From Neoconidiobolus thromboides FSU 785 (taxonomy: Eukaryota > Fungi > Entomophthoromycota), in NCBI GenBank assembly GCA_025603075.1, contig MU626275.1, forward strand, positions 1-64,000: a stretch of 64,000 bases of DNA, in the 5' to 3' direction. Made by a program: the position numbers and the translations under genes. Positions 1 through 13,232 of the stretch are shown piece by piece. Positions within the stretch are counted from its first letter, which is position 1, and each line of letters opens with the position of its first letter. Under the pieces are notes generated by a model. The model did not search any database and was not told the origin of the DNA. It saw nothing but the letters and a program-made list of their open reading frames with translations.

Positions 1-404
1 TCGCTCAATTTGACTAATCCTGCTGCATGGTATACCTTTCTTTCTACATCTAATAATATATCCCAATCCCAATATCCGTTTAAAAAATCAGTCAAATCGA
101 TATCTTCAAAAGCAACTGCAACTAAATGAATTTTCTTTTCATCTAAAATCGGTTGGAGCCTTTTTAGCATTAAAACTTCATGACGACATAAACAACAACC
201 TAATCTTGGCAATACTTTCAGTAGTACTGTCTTATCATTCCATTTTTCTTCCAGTAGAACATCTTTCCCTGTTGGATTTTTCAGTACTATGTTGGAAAAT
301 ATGTCAGCATCTCTCTTGTCTTTAGTTTTATTTATTTTTAAAAGCTTAAATATTGCTTTCAATTGGACTTTTATACCCTTTTTTATTGTTTTATTTGATA
401 CCAT
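1..404 (-). CDS. SelU/PRXL2 (AhpC-TSA_2-type) thioredoxin-fold oxidoreductase, paralogue 1; runs off the window start
   Basis: Manual translation from ATG at 404: MVSNKTIKK...KVLPRLGCCLCRHE...VAFEDIDL..GYWDWDILLDVERKVYHAAGL. Clearly homologous to the four other copies; absent from the ORF track because it is truncated by the edge. Confidence 0.85.
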   Translation of the reverse strand, partial: MVSNKTIKKGIKVQLKAIFKLLKINKTKDKRDADIFSNIVLKNPTGKDVLLEEKWNDKTVLLKVLPRLGCCLCRHEVLMLKRLQPILDEKKIHLVAVAFEDIDLTDFLNGYWDWDILLDVERKVYHAAGLVKLS

Positions 405-3400
405 TTATTTGAAATAAAATTTTACAAATTAATAATTTATCTTCTTTTTATATGATTAAAATTAAGGATTGGAATTACTTTAATAACATTGAGAATACGA
501 ACAAGGAAATGCATCAAAATCAGGATATAAACTAAACAAGCTTTAAGTTGTATTCATAATATTTATGTGAGCAAACTGGAATCGACTACTAAATTATCTA
601 TATCTTTTATCATGTTTTTGGCTGAAAATATGTATAGTAGTGTTGAAAACAGTCCATATTACAGCGAATAACAATACATCAATAAGATTCAAACGCTCTC
701 CTTTCAATCTCCTCTTCGTTAATAGGTTATAAGCTTTTACGTATCACAATATATTTCACAATGAATTACTTAATTTGGTTATTAGCTTTTAAATTTGAAA
801 TTTAAAAAGTCACGTGCATAATTATTTATAGCTATATATTTTTATGTCATATTGGTGAGCATCAAACCACTTTATACCTATTTAAAAGCTCAGGTTTATC
901 GTTATGTCGCTATGTTCAATTTTTTTTGTGATACGTTTACACTGATGAATCTTTTTCAAAATGTACATTTGTTATCAAACTATGAAAATAAATATTACAA
1001 TTTAATAATTTGTTCTAAAAGTATATTATTGGAATATCAACTTTATTGGTTAAAGTTTTAAAGCTTATTATAATTTGAATTTGGACTATTCTAAATATAA
1101 ATCATCCATTAAGTATTATTTTTAAATTAGAAACATCATACTACTTATTTGAGTTGTTTAACGATATTAATTTAGATTAACTTCTTACTTATTATTTTAA
1201 ATTTAAATGATTCGAACATGTGTTGTAGTAATAATTTTTTATATTTCTTTACTTTTTTATTGAACAGTTAAGAATAAAAACTACTAGTTTAGTTTTAAAA
1301 GAGAAGCCTGTGTTTAATTTAATATTATTAGTTACTTATTACAAACACAAATCGCAATAAAAGTAACTAAACTTGATGTTAATGTTAAGTTAAATTTTTG
1401 CTATAGTAAAACTAATCCGCGATATAAATATTAAAGAACAATTAGATAGATAACATTGTCTATTAAGAACAACTACTTAAATTTTATTAAAAGACAAAAT
1501 TAAATCAAATAGCTATTTAAACATAATTATTCAGTATAGCACTTCTATGTATTTTTTAAATATTTTAGTAATTATTTACATTTTGACTTGAACTTTTTAG
1601 TTCATCATAAAATTCAATCAAGCTATATTTTATATTACTATTTAAAAAGTATTATTTGTAAAGATAGCTTTACATATCATTGAAAAGCTAATAATATATT
1701 TAATATATTTTAATATTTTAATTTTATAGTTAACAATCATAAAATAAACTCTAGTTTGAGCTTTCAAAAAAGATAATACTTCATGATGGTTTACTTGGCA
1801 AGCATTAACTATTTTGTTATTAATACTTGTTTATTTTGTTTTATTTATATGGAGTCTTATTGTATTTAATAATAATGCATAGTAACCATAGGCTTTTGCC
1901 TATATTTCAGCTTTTTTGAAAATCGAGGCGAACTTTGTAATATTTTTTTAGCTATAAAAGATGAAAATTAGAAATAAAAGGCTTATGATAGTATATATTG
2001 GAAGTAAGTGAAGTACTTATAAAATAGAAGGATCGATTTAGTGATAGAATTAGATAACTCAATTGTGAGTCTTGATTAAAAAAGGAGTCAAAAGATGAAG
2101 ATCTAGACTATTTAAGGTGAGGGGGAAGTGAGATAATTCTTTGATAGCAAGGTTTTTGTAGTTAGAAAAGAAAGAGCTTGGCTATCAGTTTTTTATATTT
2201 TTGATTTTTTGTAACAATTTTTATTTTTATTTTTGATTGGCTATTTCAAAGTCTTTTTCGATAGAAAACATACAAGGCATTCTTTGAAATTATGCAAATA
2301 CTACCAATACAATTATTATAATTTAAATTTATTAAAAAAGTAGATTGAAAACTAATAAATAAGCCCTATATAGTAACTAAAATGGCGTATACTCCATATA
2401 AATATGTGCTTTGAATTTGGTCTGATGATTGTAGCACGGAAATGTATATTTATACCCAAAAGCTTAAACGCTACATAATGCAATCATCAAATGGTATATC
2501 TTACCAAGAAATACTTACTGCTTTACTGTAGGTTACAAGAAACATTAAAGCAAATTTAAACTTTACATGTCTGATTGCTTTCACCACTTGAAAAAAATCA
2601 GGATACTCAATAAATAATGTAAGATACTATTTTAAGAAGACTAGAGTATAATAGACGTAAGATACCTCTAAAAGTTGGATTTTTTAAAGACGGGCTATTC
2701 GTTTATTAGCTACACCTTTCACAATTTCAAGTTTTATATTTTTATATTGTTCGAATACTTTAGAAAATACGGTGCTCTAAAAATAATACCAAATTATTAA
2801 AATTCCTTATTCAAGAGTTTTTTTTGAGAAAGTGATAACAAAAAACATTATATTAAAACAAAGGATTTTTTGGTTGATATTATAGAAATCTGTATGAAAG
2901 AGTAGTTCCAACAAATAAATAGTATTTCAACTTTCTCAGCTTTTTCGATAATATTAATTTTTGATTTTTATGTTAAAAAATTCTACTTTATAAGATTATT
3001 TTATTAATTTTTTAACTTATTTGATTAATTTTCTATCACCTGGATCAAATTTGGCTAATTCTTTTACTACTTCAATAATTTTAATGTGACACCACTGTAT
3101 CACGATAACTTAAATAAAGTAACATTAGGTTCTTAATGATACATTTTCATATTTACACCGAAATTGCCATTTTAAACAATTTAACACCTAATTTTAATTA
3201 ACAATAATATAGATTTGAGTTCAAATAGGCATTTCTATTTAAAAATGTAATTTCCCGATCAATCAATCTATCAATGTATTTGAAAAGAGTAAATTTATTT
3301 ATCAATATATTCGAAAAAAGGCAATGTATTTGCCAATATATTGTTATTCTATTCCAAACATAACCATCCCAACTTTGTCTTCATGAAGTTAAAATAATTT

Positions 3401-3661
3401 AGAAATAAATAGTATCCATTAAATAACTATTATCAGTTCTATATTTGTATTTAACCTTTATTAAAATCTTTAGTCACGCTATTAATATATCAAATCAACA
3501 CCCTAGAGAACAGTAGTATTCTCAAGACAATATGATAACATCTAGTTACAACTATTATATACAAACTGTCCAAAACTGAGTCTAAGGAAAGTAGAGATAG
3601 GCCCTTACCATACTAGTCTAGATGTACTAATGATTTCACGACTAAAAAATGCGGGTTAGCG

Positions 3662-3666
3662 ATTGG
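3662..3666 (-). promoter_or_regulatory. Putative CCAAT box of the PAH promoter
   Basis: GATTGGCT about 100 bp upstream of the ATG, with TATAAAA near 3717. The same RCCAATC motif recurs at 6531, 14148 and 23559 upstream of three other genes. Confidence 0.35.
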
Positions 3667-3762
3667 CTCAAGTAAATATTGAAAAATTCGGATTCAAATG
3701 GTTGCACAAGAAAAAGTATAAAAGTCAAAAATTAAAAAATTAAGAAAACAAATCTGATTAAT

Positions 3763-5471
3763 ATGCTATCTAACTTTTCTCATGAAACTCAAAAAAAATT
3801 AAATAAAGACGGATCTTTAGATGCCTCAATCTTATTCTCTATGGAAGATAATAAGGCTACCTTGGATCAATCTTTAGTTGTTTTAAAGGAATTAGAAATT
3901 TCAATGACTTGTATTAAATCCAGACCTAATTTGATAAATCCAAATACTTGTGATGTCTTTGCTGATATTGGTACTAAAGATCATCATCTAGCTTCTAAAC
4001 TGATAGATTATCTTATCTCCAAAGCTACAAATATAAAGTCAATGGAGTCTTTTCCATCTTCCGATAATGGTATTGTAACTAATTGCGCTAAAATACATAT
4101 ATTAAAAAAAATTAGAAATCTTAAAAAATATACCTTGGTTCCCAAGGAAGAAAAGCGATTTGGATACTTTTGCTGAAAAAGTTTTGGGATTGGAAGAATT
4201 AGGTAACTAAGTATAAAACAAACGAGGTTATTCAATTATATTGTCTAGATTCTCATCACCCAGGGGCCCAAGATCTTAACTATATCCAACGTCGTGACGA
4301 AATCACTAGCCTTGCAAAGGCATATAAAACGTAACTTGCGTATTAGAATTTTCATCACTGCTTGCTAAACAAAAAATAGTGGCCAACCTCTTCCTAACAT
4401 TAAGTATACTGATCTTGAAATCAAAACTTGGTATTATAGCTATAAAAACAATTTAGTATCAATTAATACTTAATTAGGGGACAAGTGTACCGTCAAACGA
4501 CTGCACTTTTTGAAAAACATGCTTGTCGGGAATACCTTGATGCTTTTTCATTATTGAAGAAAAAATGTGACCTAGATGATTCTAATATTCCACAAATTGA
4601 AGATATATCTAAATTTTTAAAAGGTAATTATATAATAAATTACAGTCCTCTTTTTACCAATTGTACTACTAGAATGTACTGGATTTACGCTTAGGCCAGT
4701 AATGGGTTTACTAACCTCAAGGGACTTTTTAAACAGTTTGGCTTTTAGGGTATTCCACTGTACCCAATACGTACGCCACCATTCAGAACCTTTCTTTTCA
4801 CCAGAACCGTAACTTTACTTTTTTTGTTTCTATTTTTTGTTCATGATTTTAGGGACGTTTGTCATGAATTACTAGGCCATGTTCCACTATTCGCTAATCC
4901 CGAGTTTGCTGCTTTTTCTCAAGAAATTGGGCTGGCTTCTTTGGGGGCTTCAGACGAGGCAATTGAAAGATTAGCTACTATCTATTGGTTTACTATTGAG
5001 TACGGGCTCTGCAAACAAGGGGACGAATTAAAAGTTTACGGTGCTGGTATACTTTCCTCTTATGGTGAAATCCAAGTAAAATTTCCTTTTTATGCTACAA
5101 TCTAAAGCTTAAATTAAATTTTTAGTATGCCATGTCCGACAAGCCTGAAAAAAGACCATTTGACCCCAAGGTTACAGCAGTCACTAAATATCCTATCATC
5201 AAGTTCCAACCTGTAAGTATAATATTTTTAATTTGAAATTTTGAACTTATCAATTTATTAGGTTTATTATGTTGCAGAAAGCTTTAATGATGCTAAAGAT
5301 AAGATACATGAATTTGCTGATTCTTTATCCCGCCCTTTCCATATAAGGTACGATCCTTACACTGAATCGGTTAAGATGCTTGATTCTAAAGAAAAACTTG
5401 CTGATTATGCAAATAGTGTTAAATGTGATTTCAAAAAGTTGATCAATACATTTGATTTCTTAAGTATATAA
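3763..5471 (+). CDS. PAH: Phenylalanine 4-hydroxylase (biopterin-dependent aromatic amino acid hydroxylase), 9 exons
   Basis: Spliced translation gives an ACT-like N-terminus, [48 protein letters not shown] (Fe ligands) and YWFTIEYG. Residues equivalent to human PAH L248 and W326 are PAH-type. Eight GT-AG introns; stop TAA at 5469-5471. Confidence 0.92.
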
Positions 5472-6796
5472 TGTTGGTTTTATATCGTCGCTTAACAGCT
5501 TGTGTTAATTTAAATTAATTCTATGTACCTTGAATTGAGTGTTTAAAATATTTTGTTTAATTAAATGAACCTTTAGTATTAATTTCTGATTGTTTTGAAT
5601 ATATATTGTACTTTTTGTTACAATTTTAATGATGAGAGGTTATTATGAATAAGAACCTTATAAAATTACAAATAAAATAGTAGAAATTCCTAATATATAT
5701 ATTCAAAAACTTGGTTAAAATGACAATAAAATTCAAATTTGACCTAGGTTTGAATACTTGAAATCAATCTAACCCTTTGAGTACTAAGTGTTTTATAAAA
5801 ATTCTGTTTGATTGCACTATGATTTTTAATCGATTTTATGTCAGTTAAACTAGATTTTTTGAAATTCAATACCCAAAGGGTTAACTTATTCAAACCATGT
5901 AGGCAATGGTCGTCAATTTTATCTTGATTTAAAATTACATGCAAACAATGGTCATCGATATTTAATTTTGATGAACAAAAATTTTGCGATTATTATTTGT
6001 CCACGATACTCAAGTGGTTAAGGATTTTTGTCTCATTCATCCTTTAAGTAATATAAAAGAGAAAAAATATTATTATTATTGTAATAAAAAACATTCCTGT
6101 TAGGTAGTTTCAAATTAGAAAAAAGCAGCCAATTTTATATAGTCTTTACAACTCAATTTGCAACATTTGCAAATCGAAATTGAAAAAAATTGAGCCTTGG
6201 GTTTAAACTAATACATATTATCAAATTTCAATACTAATATTTAAAAACAGTTGTAATATAAAATCGTACTTTCTACATGGTCATATATTGTATTATAAGA
6301 TAAAATCTACATCAGGAATAGTAATAAAAGCTAATATTGTATTTGTAATAAATAAAATTTAAGATTTGATCGTTATTTTTATAAATGGTTAAAAATCAAT
6401 CCAGTTAAAATCAACATTTAAACAAAAAAGCTTCATAGGAGAACCAATGACCAATAAAATGACCACAAATTCCCATTAATTTGCTTTTTATAAATTGATT
6501 AGATCACCTTCCCATAGCAAATGAAATCAACCAATCAAAGGGTGAGAAACTTGAAGTTACAGTTGGCAACGAAACTTGGTTATTAAAACTAATGTTAAGC
6601 AAACACTATTAGTTAACTGGCATAACAACAGGTTAGAATTGATAAAAAAGAAAAAAAATACAGCGATTAAAATGAAATTAAAGAAAATGTCAACAAAAAC
6701 AGACATGTTCACATTATCAAAATTATAATCGTTTTTTTCTTTCCTTTTTGTTTTATTTAATATTTATTAGCACTATTTTTTTATCAGTTTATTATT

Positions 6797-8013
6797 ATGG
6801 GTGCAAAACAAAGTAGAGAATTTCAAGACCTTAGTTTAGCTCAATACTATAATAACCATGCAATGGAAGTTGAAAAGGACTTGAACTTTAAGGATATTCA
6901 TTTTAAACAAATTCAATCTTTTCAACAACTGACTTTATGCTCTCGTCGTATCTTTCATCTATCAGAAAACATTGGATTATTAAAGTCCTTAATTTATATA
7001 CAACTGTAAGTTATTGTCCCTATTTTATTATCTAAAACTAATCCTAGTTATTTAGATGTTGTAATGAGTTGGTAGAGCTACCACGGGAAATAGGCCATCT
7101 AAATAATTTGACCGTGCTAGATCTTAGTAAAAACCAACTAAGAAAGTTACCAGATACAATAGGCTGTTTATTAAAATTAAAAGAACTTAAATTAAACCAA
7201 AATCAATTGACATATTTGCCACGTAGTATAGGCAACTTAAAGAAACTAAATGTTCTAAATTTGAGTAACAACAATATCAAGTATATACCAAAAGACTTGG
7301 GAAAGTTGATCAATCTAATTAACTTGGATTTGAGTCATAATCCGGTAAAAGTGATACCAGCAGAGATTGCTCAGTTACAATTTTTGAGAAAGCTAAAACT
7401 TGAAAGCTGTCCACTATGGTCAGTTGAGGATATTAAAGAAATTGAAGACAAAAAAGAGTGGGACCGTGAGCCTCTAAGTTTAAAGGAAATCTGTGCTAGA
7501 GCGGTTTATACCGGTAAGGTACAAATCGAGTTAACAAAATTACCTGAAAAATTATATCATTATTTACTAAACGTCGAAAAGTGTACATTTTGTCATGGAC
7601 CCTATTTTCAAAGCTATGTGTTAAGAAATAGATGTATTGAAAAAAATGAGCAACAGGTTCCATTAGAATACCGATTATGTACGAATCACTGGAATAATGA
7701 TAAGGAAAGGTTATCCTTATTATTTTGTGGTTCCCCAATGGCCATGTCACCACAGTCCCATGATACTAGTGGAAGACACAGTTTAAATCAAAGACCAGCC
7801 AATTTAGAATTACCAACTAGCCAAAGGGGACTAAAAAAATTCCAGTTTTCTAGATCCATGAATAGGCTTCAACAGCCTTTATTAACGGAGCTTGTTGAAA
7901 AACCCCCCAGTTTGCCACTTTTACCTAATTATACACTGAACTCAGTTGTGGTTCGTTCACTTGCAAGGACTTCCTTTTCCTCAAGAAGATCCCTTTCTAT
8001 CTATGTACCTTAA
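6797..8013 (+). CDS. Leucine-rich-repeat protein with N-myristoylation motif, BC/SOCS-box-like segment and Cys-rich C-domain; 2 exons, about 388 aa
   Basis: Exon 6797-7005, intron 7006-7055 (GTAAGT..TAG), exon 7056-8013 join in frame (IQL|CCNELVEL). MGAKQS start, LxxLxLxxNxLxxLP repeats, then PLSLKEICARAV, CTFCHGPYF and YRLC. Confidence 0.85.
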
Positions 8014-8287
8014 AACCCTACTTTTAACTAACTTTTACATCACGTATAATAAACAAATAAATAATTTATTTTTGTATAGAAATTTGGTTTTTTACCATTT
8101 AATGAAATTTGCTAAAATTTCTAAATCTTAATTTTAAAATACGCACTTAGAATATGTTTATTAAATGAAATCTGAAACTTTGAAATTTATTTTCTTTCTT
8201 TTATAAATTTGAATAGTGGATTTTATACGATATCAACTAGTATTGCTATTAATAACTTAAAAGAGTAGAAGTAATTTAATAGCTCAA

Positions 8288-9548
8288 ATGACAGAGGAGG
8301 ATTTAGAATTGGAAAGGTTAAAGAAGGAGTTATTAGGAGATGATGTAAAACCAATAGTGAATGATGTAAGGAATATACTATACGTGTTTTTAAGTTGACT
8401 AATGAAATGAACAGTTAAAAAAGGATTCAAACATATCTCAGAACTCAAAAGAGAATATTGATAGTCAAAAAAGTAATAAATTGATAGAAATCTGATTTGA
8501 ATTAGTCTGGATTTAACAAAAGAGTATTAACAAATATCATAGATAATGAAGTAAAATCACCAATCCAGCTTCAGTATAATATTGGAGATTATTTGATGAT
8601 GAAACAAGACCCAAAAGTAAAGGATAGGGAAGAAAAAGTTATAATACAAATTATATCCATGAATAAAAAGTAATAAATTAACATATAAACATCATTATTG
8701 ACTTATGATTTAGAGACAACACATTTACTGGAGCAATATTTAAAAAACCGGATGAAGTTAAAATAGATAAGCCCATTGATTACATGAATAACGAAATAAT
8801 AGCAGTAGCTAGAGCGGAGGTATTTTCTGTTGATCAAGCTATCAAACGATGCACAGTGATGCAACCTAAAGTCCGACATCCTTCTAGTTTTTTTGGTCAA
8901 GATGTTTACATTGTTCGTTTTTATCTGGATGAAAAAACAAGCCTATTGACAGATCTTACTGGAGCAGCTAATACTAGTGAGCCAGTAAATAAAAAGGTAA
9001 ATTAAATAAATAATTATGGTCAAAATTTACCCATTTTTTAGCGTGATAGTACAGCTACCGATATTCAGTTACCAGCTAAAAAAGTAAATTTGGAGCATAA
9101 CATATCAATAGGGGATAGTAAAAAAGCTAGAAAGGAGGTGGCAAGTTTTATATTAACGTGTTTAATTTTGACTAATTTAACAATAACAAATAGAACACTA
9201 GTTATAACTTACAAAGGAAAAATAAGGTAAGACAAATACCAACTAGTTTTTCAGTTATTTTAACTAAAAAATAGTCAACGGTGAATTCCGAGAAAGCTCA
9301 TAGCTTAGCAAGCCTTGGAGACCAAAGAAGGTTTACTTCTAAACAATATGAACAATTTATTCAGGAATACAGAAATGTCAAAGGTAACATTGGTTTATTT
9401 TTAATTATCACGTTTCATCTTTTTAGTCGATCCTACTTCTAACGAAGAAACAATTTGGTTTGATTCTCCCCCCGTGCTCTTTAGGGATACAAAACCTACC
9501 CTTTCATTATCTTACTTAAAGTTTAGGTCCGATAAAGCAGAGTTATAG
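8288..9548 (+). CDS. BAH-domain chromatin protein with an RSC1/RSC2-like C-terminal motif; about 8 exons
   Basis: Manual splicing yields YNIGDYLMM...FTGAIFKKPDE...NEIIAV...IKRCTV...DVYIVRFYLD (BAH-like pattern) and the C-terminus WFDSPPVL...PTLSLSYLKF. ORF 8784-9005 is one exon. The exon 2/3 junction is the least certain. Confidence 0.6.
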
Positions 9549-9911
9549 TAAATTTCAATAATACATGTGTTCTGTTTTGTATATTTTTTTACTTTTCAAC
9601 ATATTTTTATTATTAATTAGTATTATTACAACATTATTTATTGAAGTCTAATTTGGCTTGGTTTTTAAAAGTTTATAAATTTAATATCTAGAAATAATAA
9701 TTATACAAAAATTGAAATTGTAAATAATATGAAAGCACCTTCTCTTACCTCATTACTCTTTCCGCTTTTGATGTAGTAAAGGATTTATAACTATTGCTAA
9801 TAAATATTTGAAAAAAATGAATCAAAAAAATGAATCTGGTTCTATGATAATGTTATTAACATAACATCTGCACACTTTATAATATTTTTTAAGTATATTA
9901 AGTAAGCTAAG

Positions 9912-9983
9912 TCTCGGGTAGTATAGTGGTGAGTATCCCCGCCTGTCACGCGGGAGACCGGGGTTCAATTCCCCGCTCGAGAG
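9912..9983 (+). tRNA. tRNA-Asp(GTC)
   Basis: 72-nt cloverleaf: acceptor TCTCGGG/CTCGAGA, anticodon loop CTGTCAC, T arm GGTTCAATTCC, followed by an oligo-T run. Confidence 0.97.
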
Positions 9984-10293
9984 TAGTTTTTTGAATCCAA
10001 ATGCTGTTCATGATAAAATTGGAATTGTTTTTGATAATATAGTTGAAGGAAACAAGTTAATCAAGGTTTCATGATGTCGTCTACTATAACTTATTCAATA
10101 TATCTTTAAAAATTGGAAATCTATTTATTAAATTATATGAGATTTTTACAACCACTATGTATAAAATAGAGCTTTTGGTGTAGTGTTTAATACAATGAGT
10201 TTATTATAACTATATCAATTTATCCAAGATCTTATGCTTTTTTCTTGGATAAATTAGATGCATATATCTGAAAGCAAAATTATTAAAGCATAT

Positions 10294-10392
10294 GAGGATG
10301 TATTTTTTTGTTTAAGAATTTTGCTACTAAATTTTCCAATCAAATGGCGCTTAAAAAATGGAAAAAATAACGAAACCAAAAAAAGCATCTTC
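10294..10392 (+). mobile_element. ~97-bp MITE copy
   Basis: Matches the family consensus; ATAT on both flanks. Confidence 0.85.
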
Positions 10393-12020
10393 ATATAGTA
10401 AATAGATAAATAGTATTTAATTTAGAATTGAACAGAATATTGTGCCATATAGTTATTAAACTTATTAACCTAATTTGAAAACAAAATACGTTTTTCAAGC
10501 TTTTGTTAATTTATGGTAATCATATTAAAATTTATCAACAAATTGATTTCTTTTAAAATAGTACTGCTAAGGTATAAAATTGAATTAATATATCTTAGAT
10601 ATTGATAAAAAAGATAATTAGAATATATAAAATATATGAATATTAAGGCTGAGTGACTCGAAAGTAAATAACTGGATGTTATAAAAGACGACTATACCAT
10701 GCATAAATAATGGAACTAAGGGCTATAAAATTAATCTGTAAAGAGTATAATACTCTAATATAAGTCCTCTGTTATCAGAATCATGAGTTAATATTAGTAC
10801 TTCTTTTTTTATTAAACAACGACCTATCAAAATATATATACTTATTGTTACTATTACTAAAATACTAACTGAAAAATATCTATAAAATGTACACTATTAC
10901 ACTAGATCGCTATTATATTTATATCTATAATATTCTTCGGTTTCTATTTTACTACCTATGATAGGCAATAGACTTATAAAAGATATCAATAATGGAACTA
11001 TGAAAATAAAACACTCGGCGATTTTTTTATATTGTGCTGATATTTTATATTTAGTAAATAAACTATACCCATTCCTGTTGAATAATATGATGAGATTGGT
11101 ATACTAGATGAGCTGAACTATTGATATAAATAGCATAATAACGGAATCCCATTACTTGGTACTGATGGAAAGAATGTGGTTAAACAAAACACAAGACCGC
11201 TTAGTAATATACAAATTGATAATCTAGAAGTAGTCAAATGATGTATTTGTTCATTATTGTATGAAATTAGAGTAAATAATAGAAAACAAGAGAGAATTGA
11301 AGTGAAATTGAAGCAGAAAAATAATAAAGGGTGAGTTAAATAAAACTGATATTAAAGCTCATTTGTAAAATGCACAAATAAAATAAAACAAAATAACTTG
11401 CTCTAATTCTAGTCATGTAATATGCCCTTGTGATATTTGAATTACTTTTATATGTTGTGATATCTTGGTATTTTAGTTTATCAAACCTATTTTGATCCCT
11501 TTCAATATGCCAATTTTGTTTATTTTCGATATTTTTATTAGTTAAAGCAATGAAACTATTATTTGATCTTTACAATGATACGTTTTTGCCAAAATTGATA
11601 TAGAGATGTCCAAAGTTGTTTTAGAATTTGTTTAAAATTAATCTGAATTTTAGGCCTTTAAATTTACATTAATTTTAACTATTGATAATAACCCGGAGTT
11701 TATGATATTTTATAACAAGGTAAAAAAAGTCATATTAAAATTTACTATTAATAATAATAAACTTAGATAAGTAATACATAAAACTAACATTTCAAAAGGA
11801 ACAGGGAACAAAAATCAGCAAGTAATATTATTGCCAACTATAGCTTTAGTATATTTTTTTGATAAATATAAAGGTTTTAGATTTAATATAAAAACCAATA
11901 TGATTATTTAAAATAGTTAATAATAATAAAATACTAACATCACAATTTATTACTAAAAATACAAAAAAACTAGAGATAAGCAAATTAAAGCATTATATAA
12001 TACTTAATAAAACAATATAT

Positions 12021-12117
12021 GGGAGTGTTTTTTTTAACTTCATTATCTTTTCATTTTTAAGCGCTATTTAAGCGGAAAAATTGTTATTAAAATTCTTAAA
12101 CATAAAAATACATCCTC
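12021..12117 (-). mobile_element. ~97-bp MITE copy
   Basis: Reverse orientation; ATAT on both flanks. Confidence 0.88.
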
Positions 12118-12707
12118 ATATATTTCGATAACTTAGAAAGTAAAATAATAGCTGAATTAGTATATTTTAAATATAAAGTAAATATAGCAATAGAAAATAA
12201 AATAGTAATAAAAAATCTTTTAATAAAAATAAACTATATCTATTTTATATTTATATTTAAAAAATAATAGGCAAAGTTTGTTTTGATCATTTATTTGAAA
12301 TATTAAACTGTAATTTAGTATATACAACTATCAATTAATTTAACATTTAAAAAGCTTTGTTTAAAAAGTTTGTAAAAAATAAGAAAACTAAAAGGTTAGC
12401 CTCAGCTTTTTTTATAAAACAACTGGAACCTTAAAAGTTTTAATATTAAGCAAACAAATAACTTATTAGATATTAGTATTACTTAAATTGTTATAATCAA
12501 GTTAATAAATAACTAAAAATCAAACAGTTACAATAATAGATAAGGGTTATTATTACATTGTCTATATTATATAAAAATAATCAATTATAGCCTTGGAGTT
12601 AACTATTCTCTTTTATACAGCCATTTATTAATTTAGTAATATACTAATAATGTAATTATATCATTAAAGTAATTAATCTTTTGTTTATTTATAAAGTCAA
12701 CGTTTAA

Positions 12708-12746
12708 TAGTTGGAGTTAAAAGCAGTTTTTGCTTAATTAACTAGC
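12708..12746 (+). repeat. Short fragment of the solo-LTR-like family, opposite in orientation to the adjacent full copy
   Basis: TTGGAGTTAAAAGCAGTTTTTGCTTAATT matches TTGGAGTCAAAAGCAGTTTTTGCTTGATT at about 51625. Confidence 0.6.
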
Positions 12747-12764
12747 TATAAATTAAAAAGCTTG

Positions 12765-13232
12765 TGTAAAATATCGCTTTTTCAGCTCTATGATCGATTA
12801 TAATATAACAATTACTTAAGTCGTTATGTTCTTGAGTCCAGGTACAATCAATCCTGAGCTTTTTATTTTAATTTTATATGTGGAATTTATGTTACGTAAG
12901 TCCGAAGGATATTATCTTCCATTTTGATATCCATACTTATTGTAGTATAAAAGGGATTCTTCAGCATAATGTAGCTCGAAGCTTCTTAATTAAATTATTC
13001 ACTGATACCCCGTACCTTTAATAAAGTCATTGAACCTTTCTGATAGTATTTTAGGTAGATTTTACATTAGTATTATCTATTATATTTGTCTCACATAGTC
13101 GATAGCCTACTATATGATATTCCTCATAGTTCAAGTCTATCTTAGTTATAGAAAGTAAGGCCTTTCAACTTGCGACTAGTTAATCAAGCAAAAAGTATCT
13201 TTAGCTCTAGCCACTGAGTATCAGACTTCACA
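12765..13232 (-). mobile_element. ~465-bp solo-LTR-like element, full copy
   Basis: Reverse complement aligns end to end with 51603-52064 (roughly 70-75% by eye). TG..CA termini with a short imperfect inverted repeat; no TSD seen. Confidence 0.7.

Noticed and set aside
11087-11165. Possible C/D-box snoRNA (ATGATGA...CTGA...CTGA)
   Set aside because: No terminal stem and no rRNA complementarity I can recognise; such motifs arise easily in AT-rich DNA. snoscan would settle it.
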